A DNA stretch of 64,000 nucleotides from Candidatus Woesearchaeota archaeon (lineage in GTDB: Archaea > Nanobdellota > Nanobdellia > Woesearchaeales > SKGA01). The stretch covers positions 35,920 to 99,919 of the forward strand of contig JBFXLI010000001.1 in assembly GCA_050187915.1 (NCBI GenBank), in the 5' to 3' direction. A model generated the notes under the pieces. It worked only from the letters and a program-made list of their open reading frames with translations. It searched no databases and was not told the DNA's origin. This document shows, piece after piece, positions 1 through 9,800 of this stretch. Position numbers and translations under genes: made by a program. Each line of letters begins with the position of its first letter. Positions within the stretch are counted from its first letter, which is position 1.

Positions 1-872
1 TTTATTGGTTTTTCAATTTCTTTTATTGTGAAATTATAAGGAAACAAAGTTATTTCATCAATTGTATGAACTTTATCTAAATCCTCTGTCACTATTAATT
101 TATTTTCTTGAACATTAAATTTTTTAACATAATATTTTTTAGGTAAATTTAATTTTCTTGTTTGTCCTATTGTATAAAAATGTAATCCTTTGTGTTCTCC
201 TAATTTTTTACCTTCTAAATCAACAATATCTCCTTTTTTTATTCCTAATTTTTCTTCTATAAATTTTGGTAAATCTTTTTTGGAAACAAAACATAAGTCT
301 TGACTTTGTTTTATTTTTTTATAAGAAATTAAATTTTCTTTTTCTGCTAATTTGTAAACTTCTTCTTTAGTATAATCTCCCAAGGGAAGTATTAAATGTT
401 TTATCCACTCTTGAGGAAACATAGATAAACCATAAGTTTGATCTTTAGATGGATCTTTTGATAGTCTTAATTCAAAAATATCTTTGTTTTGAACAATTCT
501 TGCATAATGTCCTGTTGCTACATTTTCAATTCCATGTTCATTTGCCCATTTGAATAAATATTTAAATTTTAAATTTCTATTACAAAAAACACAAGGATTT
601 GGCGTTCTTCTATTTTTTAATTCTTCAATAAAATAACCCATAACTTCTTTTTCAAATTCTTTAGAAACATCATATATATGATGAGGTACATTTAATTTAT
701 TACAAATTTGTTTTGCAATGTTAAATGATTCAGAAGTTGAAGCTACATTTTCTTTTGAATTCCATGATGCCATTTTCAAAGATACTCCTATTGGTTCATA
801 TCCTTGTTTTTTTAATAAAACTAAAGTCATAGAGCTATCTACTCCGCCACTCATTCCTACTACTATTTTCAT
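1..872 (-). CDS. mnmA: tRNA-specific 2-thiouridylase MnmA/TrmU-like (PP-loop ATPase). The gene starts at 872 and runs off the window edge, so the C-terminus is missing.
   Basis: Reverse-strand translation from ATG at 872-870 gives MKIVVGMSGGVDSS (PP-loop SGGxDS), then CVFCNRNLKFKYLF and the HxxTGHYA-like block typical of MnmA. The frame has no stop to position 1. Confidence 0.7.
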   Translation of the reverse strand, partial: MKIVVGMSGGVDSSMTLVLLKKQGYEPIGVSLKMASWNSKENVASTSESFNIAKQICNKLNVPHHIYDVSKEFEKEVMGYFIEELKNRRTPNPCVFCNRNLKFKYLFKWANEHGIENVATGHYARIVQNKDIFELRLSKDPSKDQTYGLSMFPQEWIKHLILPLGDYTKEEVYKLAEKENLISYKKIKQSQDLCFVSKKDLPKFIEEKLGIKKGDIVDLEGKKLGEHKGLHFYTIGQTRKLNLPKKYYVKKFNVQENKLIVTEDLDKVHTIDEITLFPYNFTIKEIEKPI

Positions 873-1024
873 AATTTAAAGAAAAATTAAGTTATTTTTA
901 AATTGAATTGTTACTCTTTTTAAATAGATACAAATTCGAAACATATTTAAAGAAAACAAACTTTTCCATTTTTAGGGGAGTTGAATACAATTTATTGTCT
1001 CACCTCTTTTTCCCCGGGAAGGCC

Positions 1025-2809
1025 TTAATTGGCCTTCTTAGGGACTCTTTTTTTAGGTTTTGACTTTCTAGATGTAATTTTAAATACTAAAAAACCTGTA
1101 ATAAATCCCATAAAAAACAAGAAAACACAAAATAGCAATAATTTAATATCATATGCAAATGAATAGTTTTTTTGTTGTGGAAAATAATAACTTAAATCAC
1201 TAAATATTAATCCATATTCTGAAAATAACAAAGCAGTTTCTTCTTGTGTATCTATTAAATTTCTTGAATATTCTAAATAACTATAACCCATTATTGGAAA
1301 TGCATTTTTTTGTTTTGAAATCATTTCTTCAACTACATTTAATTTTTCTACAACAATTTCTTTTGTTTTATTTTCAGGAACACCAAAAATAGTCATAAAA
1401 TAATTTCCATTTGCTCTAGCTTTTGAAGCTGTGTATAAACACATAACATTATTTTGTTGATTTGAAAAATATTTTGCATGTTGATTTGCTTCTTTAATAC
1501 TTGATAAATAAATATCAGGAATATAAGCCTCTAAATAACTTAATATCATTTCTGATTTTTGAAGTTCACGAAAACAAGCGTTTCTTAGATGCTCTTCATC
1601 TATAATTAAAGATACTCCTTCTTGTCCTAAAAAAATACTCCAAGCAACTGCACTTTGATATCTTTCTATTGCAAAAGCTAAATCTGTATATGAAATATTT
1701 GTTGAATTTATATTTTTTAAATAATCTTTAGATTCTATTAATCTTTCTTGTATAATCATGTATGCTTCTAAATCTGTAAATGTTAATAATTCATATTCTG
1801 AAATACTTTTTTCAAATTTTTCAATTTTTTCATTTAATGAATTTAAATTTTCATTTAATAAAGTTTGACTTAAATTTTTAAGTTGTAATTCTCTTAATCT
1901 TAAGTTTGCTGAATAACAAAATGATGCAGTTGAATAATATTGTTCTTTTAATGAAGAATTTAAAGATTTTTCATAACTTTCTTGAGCTAAGACATATAAT
2001 TCGTCTTCTTTATTTTCAATTTGATTTAAGGATTCTATTGTTTTTTCGCATAAAATTTCGCTTGTTTTTTTCATAGTTTCAATATAAAATTCAGGTATTT
2101 GTATTTCTTTTTTATCTTCTGATTTAATTCCTGAAATTTTTTCAAATGCTTCGGAAATTGTTTTAACATAATATATATTTGAATATTTTTTAAAATCATT
2201 TTTGTTTAAAATTTCTTCATATAATTCATCAGTTTCATTAATGGTTGAATTTAATTGAGTTTTAAATTCTTCTTCAAAAATTAAACTATTATTTGTAAAT
2301 GCAAATTCAGGTAATATTATTAAATTTAAATTTTTTGCTGCTTCAACTTTTTCTTTTATTCCATCAACAGGTAAAATTATTCCTCCTGAAGAAATCATTC
2401 CTGTCATTGCAATATTTTCATTTATTGGAATATCTTCTAGTGTTGCTAAAGTTAGAAGAGTTATTGCTCCACCGGCACTAGGTCCACCAACTATTGCAGA
2501 ATCTGCTTTTATTGTATAAAAGAAATTATAATTTTCGCAATCAAATTTTGAGATTGAACAAGCAATTTCATTTGCGATTTTTGTTGAAAGTTGTGTATCT
2601 ATTTTTGACAATGGATAACTATCTATAAAAACTGAACCATGTCCTGGTTTTACTTGTAAAATTAATTGAGCTGTTTTTCCAACATAACTTCCGTTTTCTA
2701 ATTCTGCAACTGAAAGAAGCGTCATTGTGTTTACTTTATTTATATCTAAAGCATTTACAATAGGAAGTAATAATATTAAAATTAAACTTAGTAAAAATAT
2801 TTTTTTCAT
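1025..2809 (-). CDS. Signal-peptide / C-terminally membrane-anchored protein with an N-terminal Lon (S16) proteolytic domain, followed by a long helical region.
   Basis: Hydrophobic signal peptide MKKIFLLSLILILLLPIVNA. Then SAIVGGPSAGGAITLL...MTGMISSGG...KEKVEAAK, matching the Lon catalytic Ser motif GPSAG and the downstream Lys region. C-terminal TM helix plus a basic tail KPKKRVPKKAN. Confidence 0.5.
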   Translation of the reverse strand: MKKIFLLSLILILLLPIVNALDINKVNTMTLLSVAELENGSYVGKTAQLILQVKPGHGSVFIDSYPLSKIDTQLSTKIANEIACSISKFDCENYNFFYTIKADSAIVGGPSAGGAITLLTLATLEDIPINENIAMTGMISSGGIILPVDGIKEKVEAAKNLNLIILPEFAFTNNSLIFEEEFKTQLNSTINETDELYEEILNKNDFKKYSNIYYVKTISEAFEKISGIKSEDKKEIQIPEFYIETMKKTSEILCEKTIESLNQIENKEDELYVLAQESYEKSLNSSLKEQYYSTASFCYSANLRLRELQLKNLSQTLLNENLNSLNEKIEKFEKSISEYELLTFTDLEAYMIIQERLIESKDYLKNINSTNISYTDLAFAIERYQSAVAWSIFLGQEGVSLIIDEEHLRNACFRELQKSEMILSYLEAYIPDIYLSSIKEANQHAKYFSNQQNNVMCLYTASKARANGNYFMTIFGVPENKTKEIVVEKLNVVEEMISKQKNAFPIMGYSYLEYSRNLIDTQEETALLFSEYGLIFSDLSYYFPQQKNYSFAYDIKLLLFCVFLFFMGFITGFLVFKITSRKSKPKKRVPKKAN

Positions 2810-2849
2810 ATAAATTGAAGAAAATACAACTACTTAAAAAGTTTAGTGT

Positions 2850-3086
2850 TTATTTTCTAAAAACCTTAAAAGAATGAGGATTTAAACATAAAGTTCTATC
2901 ATCTTCAAGAGTTACTTCATAAGGCAATTCTTGATCATAAGTATTAATATGACTAACATATCCTATAGAACCTTTTTTCACAGGATTACCTTCGTCATCA
3001 AGAAGATTTTCATCAATTATTTTTATTTTATCGTTTTTTCCTATATAATCTCCTAAACCAATAATAGTTACAGTTCCATTAACCAT
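2850..3086 (-). CDS. Small hypothetical protein (78 aa).
   Basis: Intact ORF with no recognisable catalytic motifs. Sits 84 bp downstream of the 3171..4016 ORF. Confidence 0.35.
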   Translation of the reverse strand: MVNGTVTIIGLGDYIGKNDKIKIIDENLLDDEGNPVKKGSIGYVSHINTYDQELPYEVTLEDDRTLCLNPHSFKVFRK

Positions 3087-3170
3087 TGTTTCTATAATAC
3101 GTCCATAATCTAAATTCCAATAACCTCTGGCACATTCTAATTTATTTTCTTCGTTTCTTGATTCCCAATG

Positions 3171-4016
3171 TTATCTATATTCAGTGAATGCTTCATAATC
3201 TCCATCTGAAACTTTTCCAGATACTTCAACTGCATATACTATTCCACCATGCTCAGAAGCTAAAAAAGGATCTTTGAAAACAAAAACTGCATTTTCTCTA
3301 GAAGCATTTTCAGGAAATTCTTGTTGTCTTACTTTTTCAATATATGATTCAATTTCTGCAATTTCACCTGTGTAAGGATCAGGTCTTAATTTAGAAGGCT
3401 TAATAACATCACCTTTATTAAATAAAAATGAAGACGCATGATAATATTTAGATTTTAGTATAGGAAGTTTTTTATACTTTGTTACACGCTCATTTAAAAT
3501 CATTAATTGTCTATCAAATTTAATAACATCTTTATATTCTCCTTTCAATAAAATTATTTCTTTTTCAAGACATTTAGAAAGTAAAACTAAAATTCTGTTT
3601 GAATCAAGTATTGAATTAATACTATTATCTCTATCTTCAATAAATTTTAATAATTTTTTCTCTTGTTCAAGTAAATCCTGTAATTCGTCTAATTTATTAA
3701 GTGCATCATAAAGAGTTATTAATTCATGTTTAAATAACAATTTATGTCTTAATTCTTCTTTTTCAATGTTTTTTTCTAATTGTTTATATTCTTTTAATTT
3801 ATTTAATACGTGTAAATTTCGTTCTAAAAAATCTTTGGATTTTTGTAGAGTAAAATATAAATTCTGTCCAGACATATTATTTAACATTTTAATTAAATAA
3901 TTATATTTCTCTTGAGTAAATTGTTGTAACTTAGATAAAAATTGAAGAATATTATGAAGTTCAGTATCTTGTTCTTTTATTTCTTCTGGAATAGATTTTT
4001 TGGGATTAAAAAACAT
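3171..4016 (-). CDS. Hypothetical coiled-coil protein (281 aa).
   Basis: ORF rich in heptad-like K/E/L stretches (LEKNIEKEELRHKLLFKHEL...). The C-terminal ~100 aa are non-coiled. No family recognised. Confidence 0.35.
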   Translation of the reverse strand: MFFNPKKSIPEEIKEQDTELHNILQFLSKLQQFTQEKYNYLIKMLNNMSGQNLYFTLQKSKDFLERNLHVLNKLKEYKQLEKNIEKEELRHKLLFKHELITLYDALNKLDELQDLLEQEKKLLKFIEDRDNSINSILDSNRILVLLSKCLEKEIILLKGEYKDVIKFDRQLMILNERVTKYKKLPILKSKYYHASSFLFNKGDVIKPSKLRPDPYTGEIAEIESYIEKVRQQEFPENASRENAVFVFKDPFLASEHGGIVYAVEVSGKVSDGDYEAFTEYR

Positions 4017-4060
4017 AAATTAAAAATAAATTAAAGTATATATAAAGTTTTTTAAAAAGT

Positions 4061-4663
4061 TTAATGTTTATTTCTTCCTCTTAATTCAACTGTTTCAAGT
4101 CTTTTTAAAACTTTTTCAGAATCTTCAAACTTATATCCTTTCAAGAATTCTTTATAAAATTCAGTTACATTTTTATAATGTGTACTTTCTATTGCTTGTT
4201 TTAAAAGATGTATGTCTACTGCCATATCTTCTATTTTTTTAGAAAACAATGAAAGTCCAAAATCTATTAAATATAATTTTTCAGATTTATCAACAAGTAT
4301 GTTTGAAGTTGTTAAATCTCCGTGTATTATTCCATTTTCATGCATTTTTGCAAGCCAATTTCCTACTTTTTTAAGATAAATTTTTTTAGAAGTATCTTCA
4401 ATTAAAACATCTCTTAATCTTTTTCCATCTATAAAATCCATACAAATGGTAAATTTATCATCAGATTCATATATTTTAGGAACATTTATTTTTAATTCTT
4501 TTAATTTATTCATAACTTTAATTTCTCTTTTTGTTCTATTAAGTCTTATTTTATTGTCTAATTCAACATGTCGATAACTTTTTTGTATTCTTTTTTTTAA
4601 TATTTTATCGTCTTTTAAAACAAGTATGGCTTCTGCTCCTTGTGAAATTATTTTTTCTTGCAT
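4061..4663 (-). CDS. bud32: Bud32/Kae1-associated Ser/Thr kinase (KEOPS subunit), RIO-like.
   Basis: GAEAILVLKDD (glycine-rich loop), HGDLTTSNILV (catalytic loop), IDFGLS (DFG), and a C-terminal VELRGRNKH. The track ORF runs to 4684 (MLLFLCF...); I placed the start at the ATG at 4663-4661 (MQEKII...). Confidence 0.75.
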   Translation of the reverse strand: MQEKIISQGAEAILVLKDDKILKKRIQKSYRHVELDNKIRLNRTKREIKVMNKLKELKINVPKIYESDDKFTICMDFIDGKRLRDVLIEDTSKKIYLKKVGNWLAKMHENGIIHGDLTTSNILVDKSEKLYLIDFGLSLFSKKIEDMAVDIHLLKQAIESTHYKNVTEFYKEFLKGYKFEDSEKVLKRLETVELRGRNKH

Positions 4664-4772
4664 GAAACATAAAAAAAGTAACATAAATAAAAAGATTTGT
4701 ATTAATTGCCTTTAAATTTTAATGAAATAAAAACATAATGTTTATAAAGAAGTAATTTAGAAAACTATTAAA

Positions 4773-7415
4773 TTGAACTATTACGATAATTTAACGGAAA
4801 AAGAGGCAGACAAAAGATTAAAGGAATATGGACTTAATGCTTTGAAAGATGTTTCAAAATCAGGTCCACTTAAAATATTTCTAAGACAAGTAAAAGATAA
4901 TTTTATAGTTTATTTACTTTTAGCTGCAACAATTCTATCATTTATCGTTGGAAAAGATTTAACTGCATATACTATTTTAGTTGTTATAGTTGTTATAATT
5001 ATAATGGGTTTTGTACAAGAGTATAAAGCTGAAAAAGAAGTTGATGCTTTAAAAAAATTAATTAAAAATATTATTACTGTTGTAAGAGGTGGTGAAGAGA
5101 ATCAAATAGAATCTTCACTTTTAGTTCCTGGTGACATAATTTTATTAAAAATGGGAGAAAAAGTCCCTGCAGATTGTGTTGTTTTAGAAGAAAAAGAACT
5201 TGGCGTTGATGAATCTACTTTAACAGGTGAATCTTTAGCAGTTAACAAATCTCCTTGTTTAAAAGAAAAAGAAAAACATGAAAATGAAAATATGATTTTT
5301 GCTGGAACTTATGTTGTTAATGGTAAATGTACTGCAAAAGTTTTACACACAGGTATGAATACTGCTTTTGGAAAGATTTCAAAAATGATTTCAAAAGTAG
5401 AGAAAAAATTACCTCTTCAAATAAAAGTAAATAACCTTGCAAAATACATGGTATATATAACTTTATTTTTTGCATTTTTAACAGGATTTTTAGTTTTAAA
5501 TATAAATAAAGGAGTACCTGGAATATATATTGATGTATTAATACTTATGATTGCTTTTTGTGTTGCGGCATTTCCTGAAGGTTTTCCCGTGGTTTTAACC
5601 ATTGCTTTAACTCTTGGTGCAAAAAGAATGTCTGAAAAAAATGCAATTGTTAATAGGATGTCTGTTATTGAAACTTTAGGTGAAACAACGGTTATATGTT
5701 CTGATAAAACTGGTACTATAACTAAAGGAGAAATGACTGTTAAAAAAATATATGCAAATAATAGTTATTATGATGTTACGGGTTCAGGATATTCAAGATT
5801 CGGTATTTTTTTAAAAAATGGTAAAGAAGTAAAATTTGAAAAAAACAAAGTATTTGATTTAATATTTAAAAATTGTGTTCTTTGTAATGATGCAAAAATA
5901 AAAATAAATCCTGAATATGAAACTGAATACAAAGGACTTGGTTCTCCAACAGAAATTGCTTTAATGGTTTTAGCTTCAAAAGCAAATTATTCTTTAGAAG
6001 ATTTAAATTCTGAAAGAATTGAAGAAATAAATTTTAACTCAAGTAGAAAAATGATGACTGTTTTAAATAAAATAGGAAAAAAGAAATTTATTTTTTCAAA
6101 AGGAGCTCCTGAAATAATTCTACATAAATGTTCTCATATATATAAGAATGGGAAAAAAGTAAAACTAACTAAAAAAGAAAAAGAAAAATTACTAAAAATT
6201 ATAACTGAATTAAATTCAAATGCAATGAGAACAATAGGACTTGCATATAAAGATGAAACTAAAATTAAAAAAGAGAATTTTGAAAATAATTTAATTTTCT
6301 TAGGTATTCTTGGTTTAGAAGATGCTCCAAGAGAAGAAGTTAAAGAATCAATTTCAAAATGTTTTATTGCAGGAATTAAAGTTAAAATGATTACTGGAGA
6401 TAATTATGAAACTGCGGTATCCATAGGAAAACAAGTAGGTTTAGAAGGAAAAGTCTTAACAGGAATAGAAATGGATGAATTAAGTGATGAAGAATTAAAA
6501 AATATTGTAAATGATATTGTTATATTTGCAAGAGTACGTCCTGAACATAAATTAAGAATTGTTAATGCTTTAAAAGAAAATGGTGAAATAGTTACTATGA
6601 CTGGTGATGGTGTTAATGATGCTCCTGCTTTAAAAGAAGCACACATAGGTGTAGCAATGGGTAAAAATGGAACTGATGTTTCAAGAAGTGTTGCAGACTT
6701 AACTTTAAAAGATGATCACTTTAATACTATAGTAGAAGCAATAAAAGAAGGAAGAACTATTTTTAATAATATTAGAAAATTTACAAGTTATCTTTTAACG
6801 TGTAAATTCGCTGAGATAAGTATTTTATTTTTAGGTGTACTTCTCGCACCCTATTTAGGTTGGCAAGTTCCTTTTTTACTTGCAATACACATTTTATTTA
6901 TGAATTTAGTAACTGATGATTTACCTGCAATGACTTTATCTGTAACACCATCATCTGAACATATTATGCAAGAAAAACCTAGAAAAAATCATGAATTAAT
7001 GACTAGAAGTCATTTCATACTTAGTATTTTAGGTGGACTTACAATGTGTTTAATTGTATTGTCAACATTTTATATTTCATTTAATTTAATGAATCATGAT
7101 ATGAGTTATTCAAGAACGATGGCGCTTTTAACTTTAATTTGCATTGAAATTGCAAATGCATTTAACTTTATGTCGTTTAAAAGAATAATGAAAATCAAAT
7201 CATTTTTAGCAAATAAGTATTTATTTTTTGCTTCAATCATTTCAATAATAGCGACAATTTTAATAATTTATACACCTTTAAATAAGGTTTTTGAAACAAT
7301 TCCTTTAGCACCATTGGATTGGATTATTGCTTTATCACTTTGTTCAATTATGATTTTATTCTTCAATTTACTTAAATATTTAAATTCAAAATTTAATTTT
7401 TTAAAATTAGATTAG
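4773..7415 (+). CDS. P-type cation-transporting ATPase (type II, Ca2+/cation).
   Basis: CSDKTGTITKG (phosphorylation DKTGT), MITGDN, GDGVNDAPALKEAHIGVAMG, ~10 TM segments, 880 aa. Start is TTG at 4773 according to the track. Confidence 0.9.
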   Translation: MNYYDNLTEKEADKRLKEYGLNALKDVSKSGPLKIFLRQVKDNFIVYLLLAATILSFIVGKDLTAYTILVVIVVIIIMGFVQEYKAEKEVDALKKLIKNIITVVRGGEENQIESSLLVPGDIILLKMGEKVPADCVVLEEKELGVDESTLTGESLAVNKSPCLKEKEKHENENMIFAGTYVVNGKCTAKVLHTGMNTAFGKISKMISKVEKKLPLQIKVNNLAKYMVYITLFFAFLTGFLVLNINKGVPGIYIDVLILMIAFCVAAFPEGFPVVLTIALTLGAKRMSEKNAIVNRMSVIETLGETTVICSDKTGTITKGEMTVKKIYANNSYYDVTGSGYSRFGIFLKNGKEVKFEKNKVFDLIFKNCVLCNDAKIKINPEYETEYKGLGSPTEIALMVLASKANYSLEDLNSERIEEINFNSSRKMMTVLNKIGKKKFIFSKGAPEIILHKCSHIYKNGKKVKLTKKEKEKLLKIITELNSNAMRTIGLAYKDETKIKKENFENNLIFLGILGLEDAPREEVKESISKCFIAGIKVKMITGDNYETAVSIGKQVGLEGKVLTGIEMDELSDEELKNIVNDIVIFARVRPEHKLRIVNALKENGEIVTMTGDGVNDAPALKEAHIGVAMGKNGTDVSRSVADLTLKDDHFNTIVEAIKEGRTIFNNIRKFTSYLLTCKFAEISILFLGVLLAPYLGWQVPFLLAIHILFMNLVTDDLPAMTLSVTPSSEHIMQEKPRKNHELMTRSHFILSILGGLTMCLIVLSTFYISFNLMNHDMSYSRTMALLTLICIEIANAFNFMSFKRIMKIKSFLANKYLFFASIISIIATILIIYTPLNKVFETIPLAPLDWIIALSLCSIMILFFNLLKYLNSKFNFLKLD

Positions 7416-7426
7416 AAGAAAAGAAG

Positions 7427-7496
7427 AAAAAACTCTGGAATGTGTGAAAGGTGTGTTGAGGTGATTTTCAAAAGATAATAATTTCCAGAGTTTTTT
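7427..7496. terminator. Long inverted repeat between convergent genes; candidate bidirectional terminator.
   Basis: AAAAAACTCTGGAA (7427-7440) and TTCCAGAGTTTTTT (7483-7496) are a perfect 14-bp inverted repeat. They flank a 42-nt GT-rich loop, with A-run / T-run on either side. It lies between the 3' ends of the ATPase (+) and the acidic protein (-). Confidence 0.4.
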
Positions 7497-7502
7497 CTAA
7501 AA

Positions 7503-7817
7503 TTATAAACCATTTAATAAATCATCCATTTCATATTTTGATAATTTACCTTTATTTAAAGTACTCATTATTGGTTTCTTATCTCTTCCACCAACAACTT
7601 CATCAAATTCATATTCAGCTTCATCGATTTCTTCATCTTTAAGCATTTCTGTTTGAACTTCTTCTGTTTCTTCTGATGCTTCTTTTGCTTCTTCAAGTTG
7701 CTTGTTAAAAGCTTCTTCATAAACTTTTTCACTTATAGCATCAAATTCATCTTCAAAGCCTTCTCCAAAGTCTTCAAAAAGATCCTCATCATATTCATCT
7801 AAATTATCCTTAGCCAT
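7503..7817 (-). CDS. Highly acidic small protein (104 aa), hypothetical.
   Basis: More than 40% D/E (EDLFEDFGEGFEDEFD...); C-terminal KKPIMSTLNKGKLSKYEMDDLLNGL. No motif recognised. Confidence 0.4.
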   Translation of the reverse strand: MAKDNLDEYDEDLFEDFGEGFEDEFDAISEKVYEEAFNKQLEEAKEASEETEEVQTEMLKDEEIDEAEYEFDEVVGGRDKKPIMSTLNKGKLSKYEMDDLLNGL

Positions 7818-7840
7818 TTTAATTACCTCTTTTTAAAGTT

Positions 7841-7954
7841 CAATAATGAATTAATATAATCAGTCATTCTAATCCATTCTTCCAAAGTCATATCTAATTT
7901 AATTGGTGCTTTAAGAACAAGTCCTTTTCCTAGATTAATCGTTATGGTTTTCAT
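7841..7954 (-). CDS. Possible small ORF (~37 aa) between the acidic protein and the upstream gene.
   Basis: ATG at 7954-7952 gives MKTITINLGKGLVLKAPIKLDMTLEEWIRMTDYINSLLNFKKR. It overlaps the end of the 7935..8390 ORF by 20 nt. Below the ORF-track length cutoff. Confidence 0.2.
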
Positions 7955-8390
7955 TTTCTACCTCTGTCTTGTAAACAAAATCTACAATTTTATACATTTC
8001 ATGTTCTCTTAGAATTATAGTGTGAGGAATTGGACCATTATATGCATCCACATATTCTTTAGTAAATGAAACTTCTTCAAGATTAGCTAGCTCAACAGGA
8101 TTTAATTCTTCACAAGGTTTTCCTGAAGCATCTAAAAGATATTTAGGTTCAACCTCAGTTGAATGATGTGGTATTCCTACAACAACATATTTAATATCTG
8201 AAACAGAGTTATAATTTTCTTTTTGTATAACATCTAAATCAGGTACAAGAAAAGCTCCTACTAATTCATCATTTAAAACTTCAGAATTCAAATCACCGTT
8301 GTACTCTTCATCTCTAAATGCTCTTTGTGATTCATCATATATACTTGCTAAATTAAACAATTTGTTTTCAAGATCGTTATTTTCATTCAT
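7935..8390 (-). CDS. Hypothetical protein (151 aa).
   Basis: Intact ORF, no family recognised. Confidence 0.4.
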   Translation of the reverse strand: MNENNDLENKLFNLASIYDESQRAFRDEEYNGDLNSEVLNDELVGAFLVPDLDVIQKENYNSVSDIKYVVVGIPHHSTEVEPKYLLDASGKPCEELNPVELANLEEVSFTKEYVDAYNGPIPHTIILREHEMYKIVDFVYKTEVENENHND

Positions 8391-8599
8391 TCATCTCACC
8401 ATTTTAAAGTTAATACTTATTGTTTATGATTACTTATATATAAATGTTTCGTTTTTGTTGTTACTCTATAGTGGTTATATTATTATTTAATAAAATTAGA
8501 AAAATTCATTTATAAGCCTTAAAAACATTGAAATCATTAAAATTTAATTCCAAAAGTAATAAAAACAACTAAACTAATCCTTTAATAGGTGGCTTAATT

Positions 8600-9277
8600 T
8601 TGAACAAAAAAAACAAATCAATTGCTGCGATTATTCCTGCGTATAATGAAGAAAAAAGAATTGGAAATGTATTAAAGCAAATTTCAAAATCAAAACTAAT
8701 AAATGAAATAATTGTTGTAGATGATGGTTCAAAAGATAAAACTTCTGAAGTAGTTAAAAAATTTAAGAATATTAAACTTATAAGAAATAAAATTAATATG
8801 GGAAAAGCTTTATCTATGGAAAAAGGAGTTAAATCAACAAATTGTGAAATAATATTTTTTTGTGATGCAGACTTAAAAAAAATAACACCTAAAATTATTG
8901 AAAAAATAATAATGCCTGTAATTGATGGAAAATTTGATATGTATTTAGGTTTAAGAGGAGAAAGTAAAACTGAACAATTATTCAAAGTATTTGCATTAAA
9001 CACTGGAGAAAGAGCATTAACCAAACAATTGTGGGAAAAGGTTCCTAAGTTCTATAAATATAGATATAGAATTGAAGTTGGATTAAATTATTATGCACAA
9101 TTTTATGGAAAAGGATATGGATATGAAAACCTAGATTATCTACAAACATTAAAAGAAAATAAACATGGTTTTTCAAAAGGATTTTTTTTAAGAATGTGGA
9201 TGTACTTTGACATTTTTATGGCATATGTTAGAGCCTATGTAATAAATTTACCACTTAAAAAATTATTAAGAAGATAA
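8600..9277 (+). CDS. Family 2 glycosyltransferase (Dpm1/GtrB-like, small).
   Basis: AAIIPAYNEEKRIGNVLKQI...IIVVDDGSKDKT...FFCDADL (the DxD region of GT-A fold GT2). TTG start in the track. Confidence 0.7.
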   Translation: MNKKNKSIAAIIPAYNEEKRIGNVLKQISKSKLINEIIVVDDGSKDKTSEVVKKFKNIKLIRNKINMGKALSMEKGVKSTNCEIIFFCDADLKKITPKIIEKIIMPVIDGKFDMYLGLRGESKTEQLFKVFALNTGERALTKQLWEKVPKFYKYRYRIEVGLNYYAQFYGKGYGYENLDYLQTLKENKHGFSKGFFLRMWMYFDIFMAYVRAYVINLPLKKLLRR

Positions 9278-9302
9278 ACTAATAAATAAAAAAATAAAAA
9301 AA

Positions 9303-9800
9303 TCAATAATTTAAATAAACTATTGCAAAATTCAAAATCATTGCAAAGCTAACCCATAATATATAAGGAATTAGTAAGTACGCTGATGGTTTTGAAATTT
9401 TATAAAAATAATAAATTGTTATTGCTATTGCAATCAATAATATCACTATTTCTATTGAAGCTAAAAGTGGAGATTTAAAACCAAAAAATAAAATGCTCCA
9501 AAGTAAATTTAAAAATAATTGAATTGAAAAAATAGTTATTGCTTTTTTCTTAAATTTAGATTTTTTCTTGTTATCCCAAATAATATATAATGATATTCCC
9601 ATTAAAATAAATAAAGTTGTCCAAACAGGACCAAATAAATAATTTGGTGGATTAAAGCTTGGTTTAATTATTGTTGTATACCATGTTTTTACTGATGGTG
9701 CTGTAAATATAGAACCAATTATTCCTGCTAATTGACAAATTAAAATCGCAGAAACTAATTTCCAATAATTTATTTTTTTTAAATTTTTTATTTCAAACAT
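9303..9800 (-). CDS. tspO: TspO/MBR tryptophan-rich sensory protein.
   Basis: Five TM helices. NPPNYLFGPVWTTLFILMGIS and LLIPYILWVSFA are characteristic TspO blocks. Confidence 0.8.
   Translation of the reverse strand: MFEIKNLKKINYWKLVSAILICQLAGIIGSIFTAPSVKTWYTTIIKPSFNPPNYLFGPVWTTLFILMGISLYIIWDNKKKSKFKKKAITIFSIQLFLNLLWSILFFGFKSPLLASIEIVILLIAIAITIYYFYKISKPSAYLLIPYILWVSFAMILNFAIVYLNY

Noticed and set aside
1019-1036. Intrinsic terminator at the AAGGCC-TTAATT-GGCCTT palindrome.
   Set aside because: There is no T-run following the hairpin on the strand of the upstream (minus-strand) gene. Kept only as part of the shared-motif observation.
8569-9024. 151-aa ORF antisense to the GT2 gene.
   Set aside because: It overlaps a gene with clear GT2 motifs on the other strand. 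The composition is low-complexity hydrophobic, typical of antisense frames in AT-rich DNA.
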